Shown: positions 38,333-48,882, numbered from the stretch's first letter. The stretch is 64,000 bases of DNA from Gammaproteobacteria bacterium (GCA_963662545.2 CAXXLL010000002.1:2336001-2400000), one strand, 5' to 3'. The notes: generated by a model not told the origin, from the letters alone. Numbers and translations: made by a program.

Positions 38333-39691
38333 TTACCAGAACAGGAAGCCGCCGACGCTGAAGGTATCCGCTTCGGGATTCACTGGTCCGCCCGCGTCCA
38401 ATTCGCCATGGTTGAACTCGGCGATGAGCCTGAGCCAGCTGCTGACGTCATGATAGACGCCGATCGTCCACAGCGATCGCTCGATGTGTCCGCTACCCTG
38501 TAAAGCCGTCGCGCCGGCATTGTCCAGATTGCCTTCACCATAGGAAACGCCGACCTTGGTCTTGCCGTCGAAGGTGTAGGTGCCCTGGACGTAGTAGCCG
38601 TCGCCCTCACGTTCGATGATGTTGCCGCTCGAATCGACGGCAACTGCCAAGGAATTGAACTGAGCCGTCAAACCCAGGCCCTCGTTGTCGTGGTAGTAAC
38701 CAACGAACTCGAAGCCCGCCATGCCGGCCTTGACGCCGGCGCCGTAGGCACTGGCCGTGAGACCACCGCAGTTGACGGGGGTACCACCAACGATCGTAGC
38801 GCTGGGACCGGTGCAGGTCGAATCGATCTCCTGCCACAGGCCGTCGAGCCAACTGACCTTGAAGTTGCCGCCCGAGAAACTCGTCGAGTAGCTCACTTCA
38901 CCCTCGAAGCGCGGCGTGTCGGTTTCGTCGAGCAGGCCACCCGTCCCGTTACCGAGGGTAATGCCCGAAATCACGCCGCCGCCGCCACGAAAATCGATGG
39001 TGCTCGGATCATACAGGCCGATCGCGATCTGCAGGCCGTTCATATTGGGGGTCGTGTATTGGAAGCGCGCCGTGAAATCCGGATAGGTATAGCCGTGGCC
39101 GACGCGGCCGAAGGTGACCGAGCCGAAGTGATTGGCGCCGGGAGCGAAGCCGACGCCGAACAAGGTCATGTCGTTCAGGATGGCCTGGCGTCCGAACAGC
39201 GACAGGGTCCGGCCAAAGCTGAAAGTGCCGAACGCGCCTTCGAGGTTGGCAAGCACTTCACGAGTGTCGATCGTGGCGCCGTTGATGCCGTCGAGCGCAC
39301 CACCTGCTAGGGGTGTGCCCGTCCCGAATGAGCTGTTGCCCTGCTGGCTGAACTGCGTCTTCGCACCGCCCGTATGAATGACCGGTGCAAAACTGATGCG
39401 ACCGGTACCGGTCAGACCACCCACAGTCGGTGACTTGACATTGAAGCTGAAGAAAGCGGGCAGGAAGCCGGAGTGGACGCGCGAGTTGTCGGAATCCGCG
39501 GGTGCAGTCACGTAACCGGCGTCGTAATCCCCGACCGTGTAAAACGCGTTGACGTTGCCGTCGAAGCTCACCTCCCAACCGTCATTGCCGCCGACGACGA
39601 CGACAGCACCGGCCGGTGCACTCAGACCTGCACCGAGAACAGCAGCGCTCACTGCCGCGGCAATTCGGGTCTTAGATAGTTGATTCGCCAT
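38333..39691 (-). CDS. Outer-membrane porin (Gram-negative porin type)
   Basis: Signal peptide, amphipathic beta strands, FGTFSFGR, C-terminal GGFLFW; strong GGAG RBS and codon bias. Confidence 0.85.
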   Translation of the reverse strand: MANQLSKTRIAAAVSAAVLGAGLSAPAGAVVVVGGNDGWEVSFDGNVNAFYTVGDYDAGYVTAPADSDNSRVHSGFLPAFFSFNVKSPTVGGLTGTGRISFAPVIHTGGAKTQFSQQGNSSFGTGTPLAGGALDGINGATIDTREVLANLEGAFGTFSFGRTLSLFGRQAILNDMTLFGVGFAPGANHFGSVTFGRVGHGYTYPDFTARFQYTTPNMNGLQIAIGLYDPSTIDFRGGGGVISGITLGNGTGGLLDETDTPRFEGEVSYSTSFSGGNFKVSWLDGLWQEIDSTCTGPSATIVGGTPVNCGGLTASAYGAGVKAGMAGFEFVGYYHDNEGLGLTAQFNSLAVAVDSSGNIIEREGDGYYVQGTYTFDGKTKVGVSYGEGNLDNAGATALQGSGHIERSLWTIGVYHDVSSWLRLIAEFNHGELDAGGPVNPEADTFSVGGFLFW

Positions 39692-39703
39692 CACTTCACT
39701 CCT

Positions 39704-39731
39704 AACTCTAAAAACTAAACTCTAAAAACTA
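39704..39731. repeat. 14-bp tandem repeat x2 in the porin 5' UTR
   Basis: aactctaaaaacta twice, directly upstream of the RBS on the minus strand. Confidence 0.85.
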
Positions 39732-40017
39732 AGGCTTAATGTCAAAGGGCCTTAAAAACTCTTGCTGTTTTTCTTAATCCCGCTTGACCGGCATCCCCCT
39801 TCTTCTACTTGCCGGGCCAAGGCCCGCGCGCGGACCACTTTGGCTTCCAACGGGATATCACAGAACGGCCACGATTCTAAACAAAAAAGAGCGTCATGCC
39901 AACACTTTTGCAACAAAAAAGGCGCGCACGGATGCCTGTTTAATAGGAATGTGTCATTTAAGCAACGTTAGCCAGCCACGTCGGCCCGGTGCCTGCCCGG
40001 CGCACAGACCCAGTGCC

Positions 40018-40323
40018 CTAGCCGCCGCCCTTCTGAAAGGCCCGGTGAAAGCGCTCGAGAAAGGCATCGCGCTCGCTTTCAGCAAAATTCTCGAAACGGA
40101 ATTCGAGGTCGAGGTAGATCAGCCGCAGTAGGGCGATTTTCCGTACTTTTTCTTCTGAAAGCACTATTTGCAGGCGCTTTCCTCCCTCCCATTCGACCTT
40201 GACCCGCAAACCGTCGCGCTCGACGGCGGCACCCTCTACGACGCGCGGAAAAATTCGGTGAAAGTCTCGGTGGGAAATCCCCATGCCCCGTTGTTCGACG
40301 ATGTCCTCAGGCTCATCTCCCAT
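40018..40323 (-). CDS. Small protein ending in GGG, AorE-like (inferred)
   Basis: 101 aa; C-terminal FHRAFQKGGG; same strand and downstream of the aor genes. Confidence 0.6.
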   Translation of the reverse strand: MGDEPEDIVEQRGMGISHRDFHRIFPRVVEGAAVERDGLRVKVEWEGGKRLQIVLSEEKVRKIALLRLIYLDLEFRFENFAESERDAFLERFHRAFQKGGG

Positions 40324-40352
40324 GCTGTTTCGTGTCCGCTGCTCTGATTTAG

Positions 40353-40514
40353 GGAACCTCTGAAAAAATCATGGCACATCTGCCTGGCCCATGAAATCGC
40401 GGAGCCTTGACCGACGAACCTTGCCCATGGTCACCGCTATGGCCGGCGATTCGTGCCTTGATCTGCGCCATTGCATGAACCATTCAGACGCACCATGACT
40501 TATTCAGAGGTTCC
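40353..40514 (-). mobile_element. MITE family A, copy 1
   Basis: TIRs GGAACCTCTGAA/TTCAGAGGTTCC; flanks TTAG/TTGG; reverse complement closely matches 55319-55478. Confidence 0.88.
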
Positions 40515-42515
40515 TTGGACCGCGCGGGAGCCGGCGAGCACGTCGCGCAGCGGCTCGAGATGATCCGCGTAATGCCGCCAGTGCTCGCATGCGCTTGCGT
40601 AGAGCGGACGCCTGACCTGCCACTGGCTGGCCGTCGTCACTGCGCGTTCGGTGCGGTGGAAATCCAGGCAAGCGGCGTCCCAGTCGAGCCCGAGAAACGC
40701 GATCAACTCGCGCGTGTGCCCCTCCTGATCAGCGATCAGGCCCTCGTAATCCAGGTCCAGGAGCGGGATCGGGAGTACCGCCCGCCAGTGCGCCATCAGG
40801 CGCTCATACTCGCGATAAGCCGCACCCAGCTCCTGGAGATCGTAAGAATAGGGATGGCTCCCCGCCAGGTTACGCGTGTAAATCGAGAAACAGGTCGCCA
40901 TCGGATCGCGGCGGCAGTGGACGACGCGCGCCCGCGGGAAGAGTGCGGCGATGACCCCGAGGTAGAGGAAGTTATAAGGCATTTTGTCGGTGACCCGGAC
41001 GGCTCCGCTAGCGCGCTGGTTTAACAGGTGGAGATAGGCCGGCGCGAGCTGCGCGATCACTTCCATGCTGCCTTTCACGCAGTAGGGAAACGGCTTGTTG
41101 CTCTCAAGCCGGCGCGCGAGCTTCATGATGTGCTCCGGAAAAAACGTCAATTCACCGGCACCGAAGACCCGCGGATGGCTTGCTGCAATCTGTTCCACGA
41201 GCGAAGTGCCCGAGCGCGGCATGCCCACAACGAAGACCGGTTGTTCACTCGATAGTCCGTGAGCCGCGGCGTTTTCGAAGTACTCGGTGCTGAATACCTC
41301 GATAATGGCTTCAATGAAGCGGGTCTGGGCCCCCGCATTGAAGCGGACATCGGCATGCTTTAATTGATTCGCTGTTTCGAACGCGGCGAACGCCTCCTCG
41401 AATTGACCGAGGTCGTCCAGCAGTTTGCCCAGCGCAAACTGCATGTCGATGCGATGCAAGGGCGCCAGCGTATCGTTGGCAAGCTGGCCGCTGATCCGCT
41501 CGACGAGGTCGCGCATTTGCGCTTCGTCCAAGTCGAGCTCGGCGAGGTTGCGGTAGGCGTCGCCGAACCCGGCTTCTATGGCAATGGCCCGCTCGAAATG
41601 CGAGGCCGCCCGCGACCGGTCACCGAGCGCACTGCAGGCCATGCCGGTGTGGTTCAGCGACAGCGGCAGCGCTTCGTCCAAGGCGAGGGCTGCCTCAAAG
41701 CTTGCCAGGGCGTCGTCAACGCGATTTTTCGCAAACTGCACCAAGCCCAAAGCGTTCAGCAAGTCCGTGGAATCCGGCTGCCGCTTCAGGGCCTCGTCGA
41801 AGGCCGCTTCGGCATCGTCGAGGGCACCCTGCCGGCGCAGGCAGTGACCGAGCGCTTCCCACACAGCTGCGGATCGGTCGTCGAGTTCGAGCGCACGCCG
41901 GAAAGCTTCGATGGCTTCTTCGTAGTTCGCCTGCGCCTGCAGGGCAAGCGCAAGATTGAAATGGCCGCCCGGGAAGTCGGGCGCGAGCTTTACTACCCTG
42001 CGAAACAGCTGCCCCGCCTCGTTCATTTTTCCGCTCTGCCTCAACAGATTACCGAGATTGTTGATCGCGTCGACATAATCCGGCCTCGAGCGGATGGCCT
42101 TGCGGTAGTGCTTTTCTGCCGCGGCGTCCTCGCCGGTCGCCAACAGCGCGTTGCCGAGGTTGAATTGCGCCTCCGCGAAGCGCGGTTTGAGCGCGACCGC
42201 TTGTTCGAACAACGGCAAGGCACCTGGCGGATCGCCGTTTTGCATCGTGGCCATCCCCAGATTGTTGTGGTAATCCGGATTGTTAGGATCGAGTTCGATC
42301 GCCTGGCGGATCAGGCCCGCTCCCTGCTTGAAATTCCCGGTTTGACAACCGATGACTCCCAGCATGTTCAGAGCCCCGGCATGCTGGGGAAATTGCCGCA
42401 GAACCTCGCGGTACAAATGTTCCGCCCGCTGCAGCGCCCCATCCTGATGAAGCGTGATCGCGGTCTGAAAGAGTCGCTCGGCAACCTGGGCCGGCTTGTC
42501 AGCGGAATGCCCCAC
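40500..42515 (-). CDS. TPR-repeat protein with C-terminal sulfotransferase domain
   Basis: Many TPRs; PVFVVGMPRSGTSLVEQI, DKMPYN, RDPMATCFS, TASQWQVRRP. Confidence 0.9.
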   Translation of the reverse strand: MGHSADKPAQVAERLFQTAITLHQDGALQRAEHLYREVLRQFPQHAGALNMLGVIGCQTGNFKQGAGLIRQAIELDPNNPDYHNNLGMATMQNGDPPGALPLFEQAVALKPRFAEAQFNLGNALLATGEDAAAEKHYRKAIRSRPDYVDAINNLGNLLRQSGKMNEAGQLFRRVVKLAPDFPGGHFNLALALQAQANYEEAIEAFRRALELDDRSAAVWEALGHCLRRQGALDDAEAAFDEALKRQPDSTDLLNALGLVQFAKNRVDDALASFEAALALDEALPLSLNHTGMACSALGDRSRAASHFERAIAIEAGFGDAYRNLAELDLDEAQMRDLVERISGQLANDTLAPLHRIDMQFALGKLLDDLGQFEEAFAAFETANQLKHADVRFNAGAQTRFIEAIIEVFSTEYFENAAAHGLSSEQPVFVVGMPRSGTSLVEQIAASHPRVFGAGELTFFPEHIMKLARRLESNKPFPYCVKGSMEVIAQLAPAYLHLLNQRASGAVRVTDKMPYNFLYLGVIAALFPRARVVHCRRDPMATCFSIYTRNLAGSHPYSYDLQELGAAYREYERLMAHWRAVLPIPLLDLDYEGLIADQEGHTRELIAFLGLDWDAACLDFHRTERAVTTASQWQVRRPLYASACEHWRHYADHLEPLRDVLAGSRAVQGTSE

Positions 42516-42531
42516 GCGCGGCTACGCGGAT

Positions 42532-42783
42532 TCAACCACCGGCGACGGGTGGCCACATTGCCAATACGTCGCCTTCCTTGAGGATCGGTTTGTCGCGATC
42601 TTCGGGAACGACGTAGATGCCGTTGACAAGAATTAGATGCACCGATTCCCGCGGCACGCGAAAGCGATCGATAAGGTCGTGTACCGAATCTTTCGGACTC
42701 GCATTGATCTCGACGATGTTCTGCTCGGCGTCGTCCGGCAGGAACTCGGTGAGCGATGCAAACAGTTTGAAGGTAATCTTCAA
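42532..42783 (-). CDS. MoaD/ThiS-like sulfur carrier of the AOR operon (AorD-like)
   Basis: KLFASL, LVNG, C-terminal WPPVAGG. Confidence 0.88.
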   Translation of the reverse strand: MKITFKLFASLTEFLPDDAEQNIVEINASPKDSVHDLIDRFRVPRESVHLILVNGIYVVPEDRDKPILKEGDVLAMWPPVAGG

Positions 42784-42840
42784 GAAATATCAGCGCGGAA
42801 TGAGCGGCGCAACCGCGGCATCGACGAACCGGACGGGCTT

Positions 42841-44106
42841 CTACAATATCGCGGCGTTGAAACCGACCGCCTGCGTACTCGCGAGATAGGCTTCCATGAT
42901 GCGGGTCGGATCGTCGATCAGTTTCTGCTTCCAGCCGCCGAGACGCGTCTTCGTCTGGATCAGACCGCGCAGAACGCCGACGTGCTGGGTCAGCCCGAGG
43001 CTCGTCGCGCCCACGAGAACGTCGTCTTCGAATTGGAGATTTAAATAACGGTAACGCTCTCGGTTCAAAAGCTCCGCGGAATCGCCGCCCTCTTTGCCCA
43101 TCCATAATCCGAACGAACTCGAGATGAGGCCGATGGTGTCGAGTACATTCATATTCACGCACCCTTTATGCACGGCGCCCTCTAGCCCGGCCATGTTGCG
43201 TGCGGCAAGTTGCCCGTGGTCGGCGGCGGTCGGCTGTATCGCCTGGACCGAATATTCGCCGGTCGAGAAATCGATGCCCTGCGCCACATCACCGGCGGCG
43301 AATATGTCGGGGTCGTTCGTCTGCATGTGTCGATTGACGAGAATGCCTTGATCGATCTCGATACCGCCATCGGCGACGAGATCGACGTTGGGCCGCACGC
43401 CCGTCGCCGAGACGACCAAGTCAGCGTCGAGCGACTCGCCCGAATCGAGTACGACGCGGAGTCCCTTGCCGCTTTTTTCGATCGCTGTCACCTGCGTCGA
43501 CGTGAGCACATTTACGCCGCGGCTTTCGCACCATTCCTTGAGCATATTGCCCGCGATATCGTTCATCATGCGCGGCACCATGCGGTCTTCCATTTCGACC
43601 ACCGTCAGCTGGGCGCCGCTTTTCGCCAACGCTTCGAGAATGATGCAGCCGATGAATCCCGCGCCCATCAACACGACTTTCGCGCCCGGTTTCGACGTCG
43701 ACGCGATCCTGCGGGCATCTTCCAGGGTCCAGCACGCGGTCACGCCTGGAGAGTCGATACCTTCGATCGGGGGCGATACCGGGACCGCGCCGGTTGCAAT
43801 GAGCAGCTTGTCATAGGGCACTTCACTGCCACCTTCGAGCTTCAACTGCCTGGCTGAACGATCGATTGCGGTGACCTTACCTTCCACGATCGCAATGTTG
43901 CGGTCGCGAAAATGGTCGTCGGATTTACGGAGGTAGGTGCCCTCTTCTTTGATTTGCCGAGCCAGATAATACGGGATCGCCATGCGCGAATACGGCGGCT
44001 CCGGTTCGTCGCCGACGAGGGTTACGACCGCGTCGGGCTGCAGTTTACGCAAGGCCTCCGCGGCGATGACGCCGGCGGGGCCGGCTCCAATGATCACGTG
44101 CTGCAT
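42841..44106 (-). CDS. aorC: FAD/NAD-dependent oxidoreductase (AorC-like)
   Basis: VIIGAGPAG, LLIATG, MGAGFIG, FAAGDVA; inside the aor operon. Confidence 0.8.
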   Translation of the reverse strand: MQHVIIGAGPAGVIAAEALRKLQPDAVVTLVGDEPEPPYSRMAIPYYLARQIKEEGTYLRKSDDHFRDRNIAIVEGKVTAIDRSARQLKLEGGSEVPYDKLLIATGAVPVSPPIEGIDSPGVTACWTLEDARRIASTSKPGAKVVLMGAGFIGCIILEALAKSGAQLTVVEMEDRMVPRMMNDIAGNMLKEWCESRGVNVLTSTQVTAIEKSGKGLRVVLDSGESLDADLVVSATGVRPNVDLVADGGIEIDQGILVNRHMQTNDPDIFAAGDVAQGIDFSTGEYSVQAIQPTAADHGQLAARNMAGLEGAVHKGCVNMNVLDTIGLISSSFGLWMGKEGGDSAELLNRERYRYLNLQFEDDVLVGATSLGLTQHVGVLRGLIQTKTRLGGWKQKLIDDPTRIMEAYLASTQAVGFNAAIL

Positions 44107-44151
44107 AAGAAATCCACTCCGCTTTTCAACCGGTTTTCGACTCGGTTACCG

Positions 44152-46002
44152 CTAGACCGAAAGCCGGGTCAACGTGCCCTCGGTCGGTACGCCCTCCTCG
44201 GTCCAGCCTCGCGCCGCGTAGTACTGAGGCAGCATTTCATCGAGCCGGTTGACCATGCCCTTGGCCGGGCCGGTCTTCGCAGCATCCTTCAACAGGCGCT
44301 TCGGCAGGGTGTCGTCGGCGGCGGTGAGTCCCGCGTCGAGGTTGAATTGGCGCTCGAGATTCCAGATCCGCTCGCCGGCTTCGAGCATCGATTCGGCCGT
44401 GAAGCCGCCTTCGCAAGCGGCGTCGACCTGCGGCGCGATGTCCTCCATCGTCCAGGCGAACGTGGTGAACACGCACAAGCCGGTGGAATCAACCGCCGCG
44501 GTCGCGTCCTGGAAAGCCTTGACGAGTTCCGGCTTGCCCTCGGTGGACAGCGGATCGGTCTTCACGGGCACGCCCATGATCTCCGAGGACACGGTGTAAC
44601 CGCGCAGATGGCAGGCGCCCCGGTTGGAAGTGGCATAGGCCAGGCCCATGCCCTGCACGGCGCGGGGGTCGTAGGCCGGGAATTCCTGGCCCTTGACCGT
44701 CATCGAGAGTTCGGGGTGGCCGTATTTCTCACACATGCGCTTGGAGCCCAGGCCCAGGTCCTTGCCGAAGCCCTCGCCCGTGGAAACCATTTCGGCCGCC
44801 TTCGTCAACGCCTCCGCCGATCCGAATTTCATCTCGACGCCGCCGGTGTCCTCGGTGGTGATCGCACCGATGTCGAACAATTCCATCGCCGCGGCGACTG
44901 TGGAGCCGAAGGAGATGGGATCCCAGCCGTCTTCGTTGCAAAGGAAATTGGCATAGGTCAAGGCGTCGATGTCGTCGACACCGGTGTCGCAACCGAGCGC
45001 CCACGCTGCTTCGTATTCCAGGCCACCGGAAGCGCCGATGTATTCCGGCCGGTTTTGTATGGTGTAGTGCTGCGGATCGATCGTTGAAATGCGCCCGCAG
45101 GCGATGGTGCAGCCGAAACACGCAGCGTTCGTCACCAGGTTCGGCTTGCCGTCGCTCTCGCGCGGTTCGTGCATGGCTTCGCCCGAGATCTTGCTCGCGC
45201 CCTCGAATTGCACTTCGCGCATGTTGCGGGTCGGCATCGCGCCGACTTCGTTGATGACGTTCATGAGGACTTGGGTGCCCAGTGCAGGCAGGCCCTCGCC
45301 GGTGACGGCGTTCTCGGCGAGGACTGCCTTGGCTTCGCTGGTGACCTTCATGAACGCCTTGCCATCGCGAATATTGCCGACGCCCTTGGTACCACGCACG
45401 GCCACGGCCTTCAAATTCTTCGAAGCCATCACCGTGCCGACTCCCGAGCGCCCGGCCGCGCGATGCAGATCGTTGACGACGCCTGCGTACAGGCACCCCT
45501 GTTCCGCGGAGCGCCCGACACAGGCGATGCGGATGAGGGGATCCTGGTATTTCGCATGCAGAATTTCGTCTGTTTTCCACACGGATTTGCCCCAGATTTC
45601 ATCCGCAGGGCAGATCTCGGCTTGGTCGTTTTCTACATAGAGGTAGACCGGTTTCGCCGCCTTGCCCTCGAAGATGATCATGTCCCAGCCCGCTTGCTTG
45701 AGTTCCGCACCGATGAAGCCACCCGAATTGGAACAGGCCACAGCGCCGGTCAGGGGGCTTTTACAGATGACGGAGTAGCGCCCACCGGTCGAGGCCATAG
45801 TCCCCGTCAATGGACCGGTGGCCATGATGAGTTTGTTCTCCGGTGAGAGTGCGTCGACCTTGGGATCGATCTCTTCGACGAGGTATTTGGTCGCGAGCCC
45901 GCGCTGGCCGATGTATTTCATCGCCCATTCCATGTTCAACGGCTCCTCAGCACACGTCCCTTCGGTGAGGTTGACGCGGAGAATTCTACGTGTCCATGCC
46001 AT
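44152..46002 (-). CDS. aorB: Tungsten-family aldehyde:ferredoxin oxidoreductase catalytic subunit
   Basis: KSPLTG..SNSGG, AAGRSGVGTVMASKNLKAVAV, CFGCTIACG, GLEYE, NRGACH, DSTGLC. Confidence 0.92.
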   Translation of the reverse strand: MAWTRRILRVNLTEGTCAEEPLNMEWAMKYIGQRGLATKYLVEEIDPKVDALSPENKLIMATGPLTGTMASTGGRYSVICKSPLTGAVACSNSGGFIGAELKQAGWDMIIFEGKAAKPVYLYVENDQAEICPADEIWGKSVWKTDEILHAKYQDPLIRIACVGRSAEQGCLYAGVVNDLHRAAGRSGVGTVMASKNLKAVAVRGTKGVGNIRDGKAFMKVTSEAKAVLAENAVTGEGLPALGTQVLMNVINEVGAMPTRNMREVQFEGASKISGEAMHEPRESDGKPNLVTNAACFGCTIACGRISTIDPQHYTIQNRPEYIGASGGLEYEAAWALGCDTGVDDIDALTYANFLCNEDGWDPISFGSTVAAAMELFDIGAITTEDTGGVEMKFGSAEALTKAAEMVSTGEGFGKDLGLGSKRMCEKYGHPELSMTVKGQEFPAYDPRAVQGMGLAYATSNRGACHLRGYTVSSEIMGVPVKTDPLSTEGKPELVKAFQDATAAVDSTGLCVFTTFAWTMEDIAPQVDAACEGGFTAESMLEAGERIWNLERQFNLDAGLTAADDTLPKRLLKDAAKTGPAKGMVNRLDEMLPQYYAARGWTEEGVPTEGTLTRLSV

Positions 46003-46041
46003 GGTCGGTGCTCCTGAGAGTGTTCGTTTATGCCGTTCGCT

Positions 46042-46509
46042 TTAAGCTTTGGGAAGCGACTGCGCGGCGTGAGCGCGCATCCGTTCGAGTCCGGTATGAT
46101 CGATATCGACGTAGGTGATGGCGTCCGTTGGGCAGGCTTCTGCGCAGGCTGGTTCGCCACCGCATAAATCACATTTGATGACCTTGCCGGTATCGGCGTT
46201 GTAATTGACGGTGCCGAAGGGACAGGCGATGGTGCAGACCTTACAGCCGACGCAGATCTCTTCGATCACGTCTTTCGAGCCCGTGTCCGGGTTGATCACG
46301 ATGGCCTCGACCGGACAGGCATGCATACACCACGCTTCGGCGCACTGCGAGCAGGTGTACGGTGCAAACCGCCCCTCGTCATGGAAAGTGAATACCTTGA
46401 TGCGTGATTTCGAGGGATTGAACAGGCCCTCGTTTTCGTAGGAACACGCCATCTCACACTGCAGGCAGCCGGTGCACTTTTCCGGTTCGAGTTGCAGGGC
46501 TTTGAGCAT
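46042..46509 (-). CDS. aorA: 4x[4Fe-4S] subunit (AorA-like)
   Basis: CTGCLQCEMAC, CSQC..CMHACP, CVGCKVCTIACP, KCDLC..CAEACP. Confidence 0.88.
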   Translation of the reverse strand: MLKALQLEPEKCTGCLQCEMACSYENEGLFNPSKSRIKVFTFHDEGRFAPYTCSQCAEAWCMHACPVEAIVINPDTGSKDVIEEICVGCKVCTIACPFGTVNYNADTGKVIKCDLCGGEPACAEACPTDAITYVDIDHTGLERMRAHAAQSLPKA

Positions 46510-46839
46510 TGGGTATCTCCTCAATGACGGCCTTCAGACCGGCCGTTTCGGTTGGGACGATCGACAATGCTTATCACGCCACGGCGGCTAGCCTGACGGC
46601 ACAGTACCGCCACCGCAGAGATCCTGCGGCCGAGAAACTGAGACCTGCCGTGCATGGGTTGTTCGCATTGCGCTTCAGCGTAATCGCTCAGGAATTATGT
46701 TCCGCGCCAACTTAGAATGCGTTGTATTATTGGCGGCGACCTGAGCAGCCCAGACTAACGAGAAATCCCGTAAAAAACCAGTACGGGCGCGGCTTCGCGC
46801 AAATGCAATTCATTCTCATCTATCAGACATTAGGAACTC

Positions 46840-47730
46840 ATGCACGCCTCGATACGCGCTTCTATCCATCCCGCAGGCAGGCCCTTGTCGCATGCCCGTG
46901 AACTTCGATTTTCGAGCGGTGTCGAGCGTGTCTCTCGCCGATACGGCATCTTAATCTGGCTAGCCTGCGCTCTCGCCACGCTGCCAGCCCCCGCGGAGAC
47001 GACCACGGTCCGCATCGGGTTTCTCGGCACGGCCGATACCGACGCCCATAAGGGTGCGCAACAGGGCATCGACGAGGCGAATGCGCAGGGAAAATTCCTC
47101 GCTCTTCATTACGAACTGGTGACGGTCGAGGATGCCGGCCAGGCTGTCGCTATTCGTCCCAGCGCCATCGTCGCCGCCGTGTCGCCGCTGCGCTTGTTGA
47201 AATTGTCGGGCGAGGCGGTCGGCATTCCCGTATTGAACGCGACGGCGCCGGACGATGAACTTCGCGAAGAATGCCGAGGTAACCTGTTCCATACCATCCC
47301 GAGCCACGCGATGCACGAAGATGCGCTGCAACAATGGCGGCGCAAGAACCCACGCTCAGGGGCACTTTCACGGGCCTGGCACCCCGCTTTCAAGAAATAC
47401 GCCGCGGGGCAACTCAATAAGCGATACCGCAAAGCATCCGGGCAGACCATGACGGACGAGGCCTGGGCCGCGTGGGCTGCGGTCAAATTATTGTCCGACA
47501 CCGTGGCGCGGACAGGCAGCGCCGATCCCGCTATCGCGCTTGAATCGATGCAAACTGATCTCGTATTCGACGGTCAAAAGGGCATCGACATGAGCTTTCG
47601 GGATACCGGACAATTGAGACAACCGCTGCTATTGGTAGAAAACGACGAGATCGTCGGCGAGGCGCCCGTCCGGGGCATCGTGGGGATCACCAATCTCGAC
47701 AGCCTCGGCCTGGCGGAATGCCCCAAGTAG
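46840..47730 (+). CDS. Periplasmic-binding-protein-like protein of PQQ-dehydrogenase loci (PedA1-like)
   Basis: GAQQGIDEANAQGKFL, DDELR..C..NLFHTIPS, AWHP, QLNKRY, AAWAAVK, FDGQKG, SFRDTGQLRQPLL. Confidence 0.75.
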   Translation: MHASIRASIHPAGRPLSHARELRFSSGVERVSRRYGILIWLACALATLPAPAETTTVRIGFLGTADTDAHKGAQQGIDEANAQGKFLALHYELVTVEDAGQAVAIRPSAIVAAVSPLRLLKLSGEAVGIPVLNATAPDDELREECRGNLFHTIPSHAMHEDALQQWRRKNPRSGALSRAWHPAFKKYAAGQLNKRYRKASGQTMTDEAWAAWAAVKLLSDTVARTGSADPAIALESMQTDLVFDGQKGIDMSFRDTGQLRQPLLLVENDEIVGEAPVRGIVGITNLDSLGLAECPK

Positions 47731-47797
47731 GGAATCCGTGCATCACTCGCCTCGGATGTTCAACAGCTAGCTCACCCTAATCCACACGGAGTCCTCG

Positions 47798-48750
47798 ATG
47801 CGAATAGCGATTTTACTTCTGATCGGGTCCTTAGCGCCGGTCACCTTCGGGTCACCTTTGCTGCGGGGCATGTGTTCGTGACCAATGAACGCAGCGACAG
47901 TATCAGCGTGATCGATACTGAAACAAATAAGGTCATCAAGACCATACCGGTCGGCAATCGGCCGCGCGGGATCGGGCTCGCGCCTGACAGGAGCGAAATC
48001 TACGTCGCGGTCAGTGGCGACAACCACATCGCGGTGATAGACCGTGAAACCCTCAAAGTCGTACGAACGTTTCCGAGCGGGGACGATCCGGAAACCTTTG
48101 ACGTGCACCAGAACGGAAACATTTACATATCGAACGAAGAGGACGCAAAGGCGTCCGTATTCAATCCGAAAACCGGTGAACTCGTCGCCGAGATCGAGGT
48201 CGGTATCGAGCCTGAGGGCGTGGCAATTTCGCCTGATGGCAGGTACGTGATCGTAACCAGTGAATCGAGCAATATGCTGCACCTGATCGACATCCCCGGT
48301 CATACCATCATCCACAACATCCTGGTCGGCGCGCGGCCGCGTGCGGCGACTTTCAGTGCGGACAGTAAAACGGCGTACGCGACCAGCGAGATCAGCGGCG
48401 AGGTCAAGAAAATCGACGTGGCGTCCGGTACGATCATTGGCAAGGTGGCGTTGAGTGACGATAAGGCCAAGCCCAAGGATGTCTTGATCAGCCGCGACGG
48501 CAACCGATTATTCGTGGCGGGCGGTCGGGCCAACCGTGTCTTCGTGCTGGACGCCCAGTCGCTTGAAATCATCAAGGCCATTGCGGTAGGTAAACGCGTC
48601 TGGAGCCTGGCCTTGAGCCGGGACGGCAAACGTCTTTACTCGACGGACGGTGTCGATCACCAGGTCTCGGTCATCGACACGGATTCAAATTCGGTTCTCA
48701 CCACCATACCGGTCGGCAAGTTTCCCTGGGGTATCGCGATCGACGACTGA
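47798..48750 (+). CDS. YVTN beta-propeller of PQQ-catabolism loci (PedA2-like); signal peptide frameshifted near 47839-47858
   Basis: FVTNE..SISVID, VG.RPRGI, DPETF, EPEGVAISPDG repeats; ATG 47798 with GGAG RBS is out of frame with the 47872 ORF. Confidence 0.82.
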
Positions 48751-48882
48751 ACGATCGGCACGGAAGCGGCCGGGGCAATCCGGGTGCACCCTCACACTAG
48801 AAAACGTCATTCGCCCACAAGCGGGCTCTTAGGTCATCACCGCCAAACGTTATTGCCACACCGGTTCGTAGGAGTCCGCTCG

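Noticed and set aside
46510-46839. Sigma54 promoter for aor or the PedA1-like gene
   Set aside because: TGGC candidates here lack GG-N10-GC spacing
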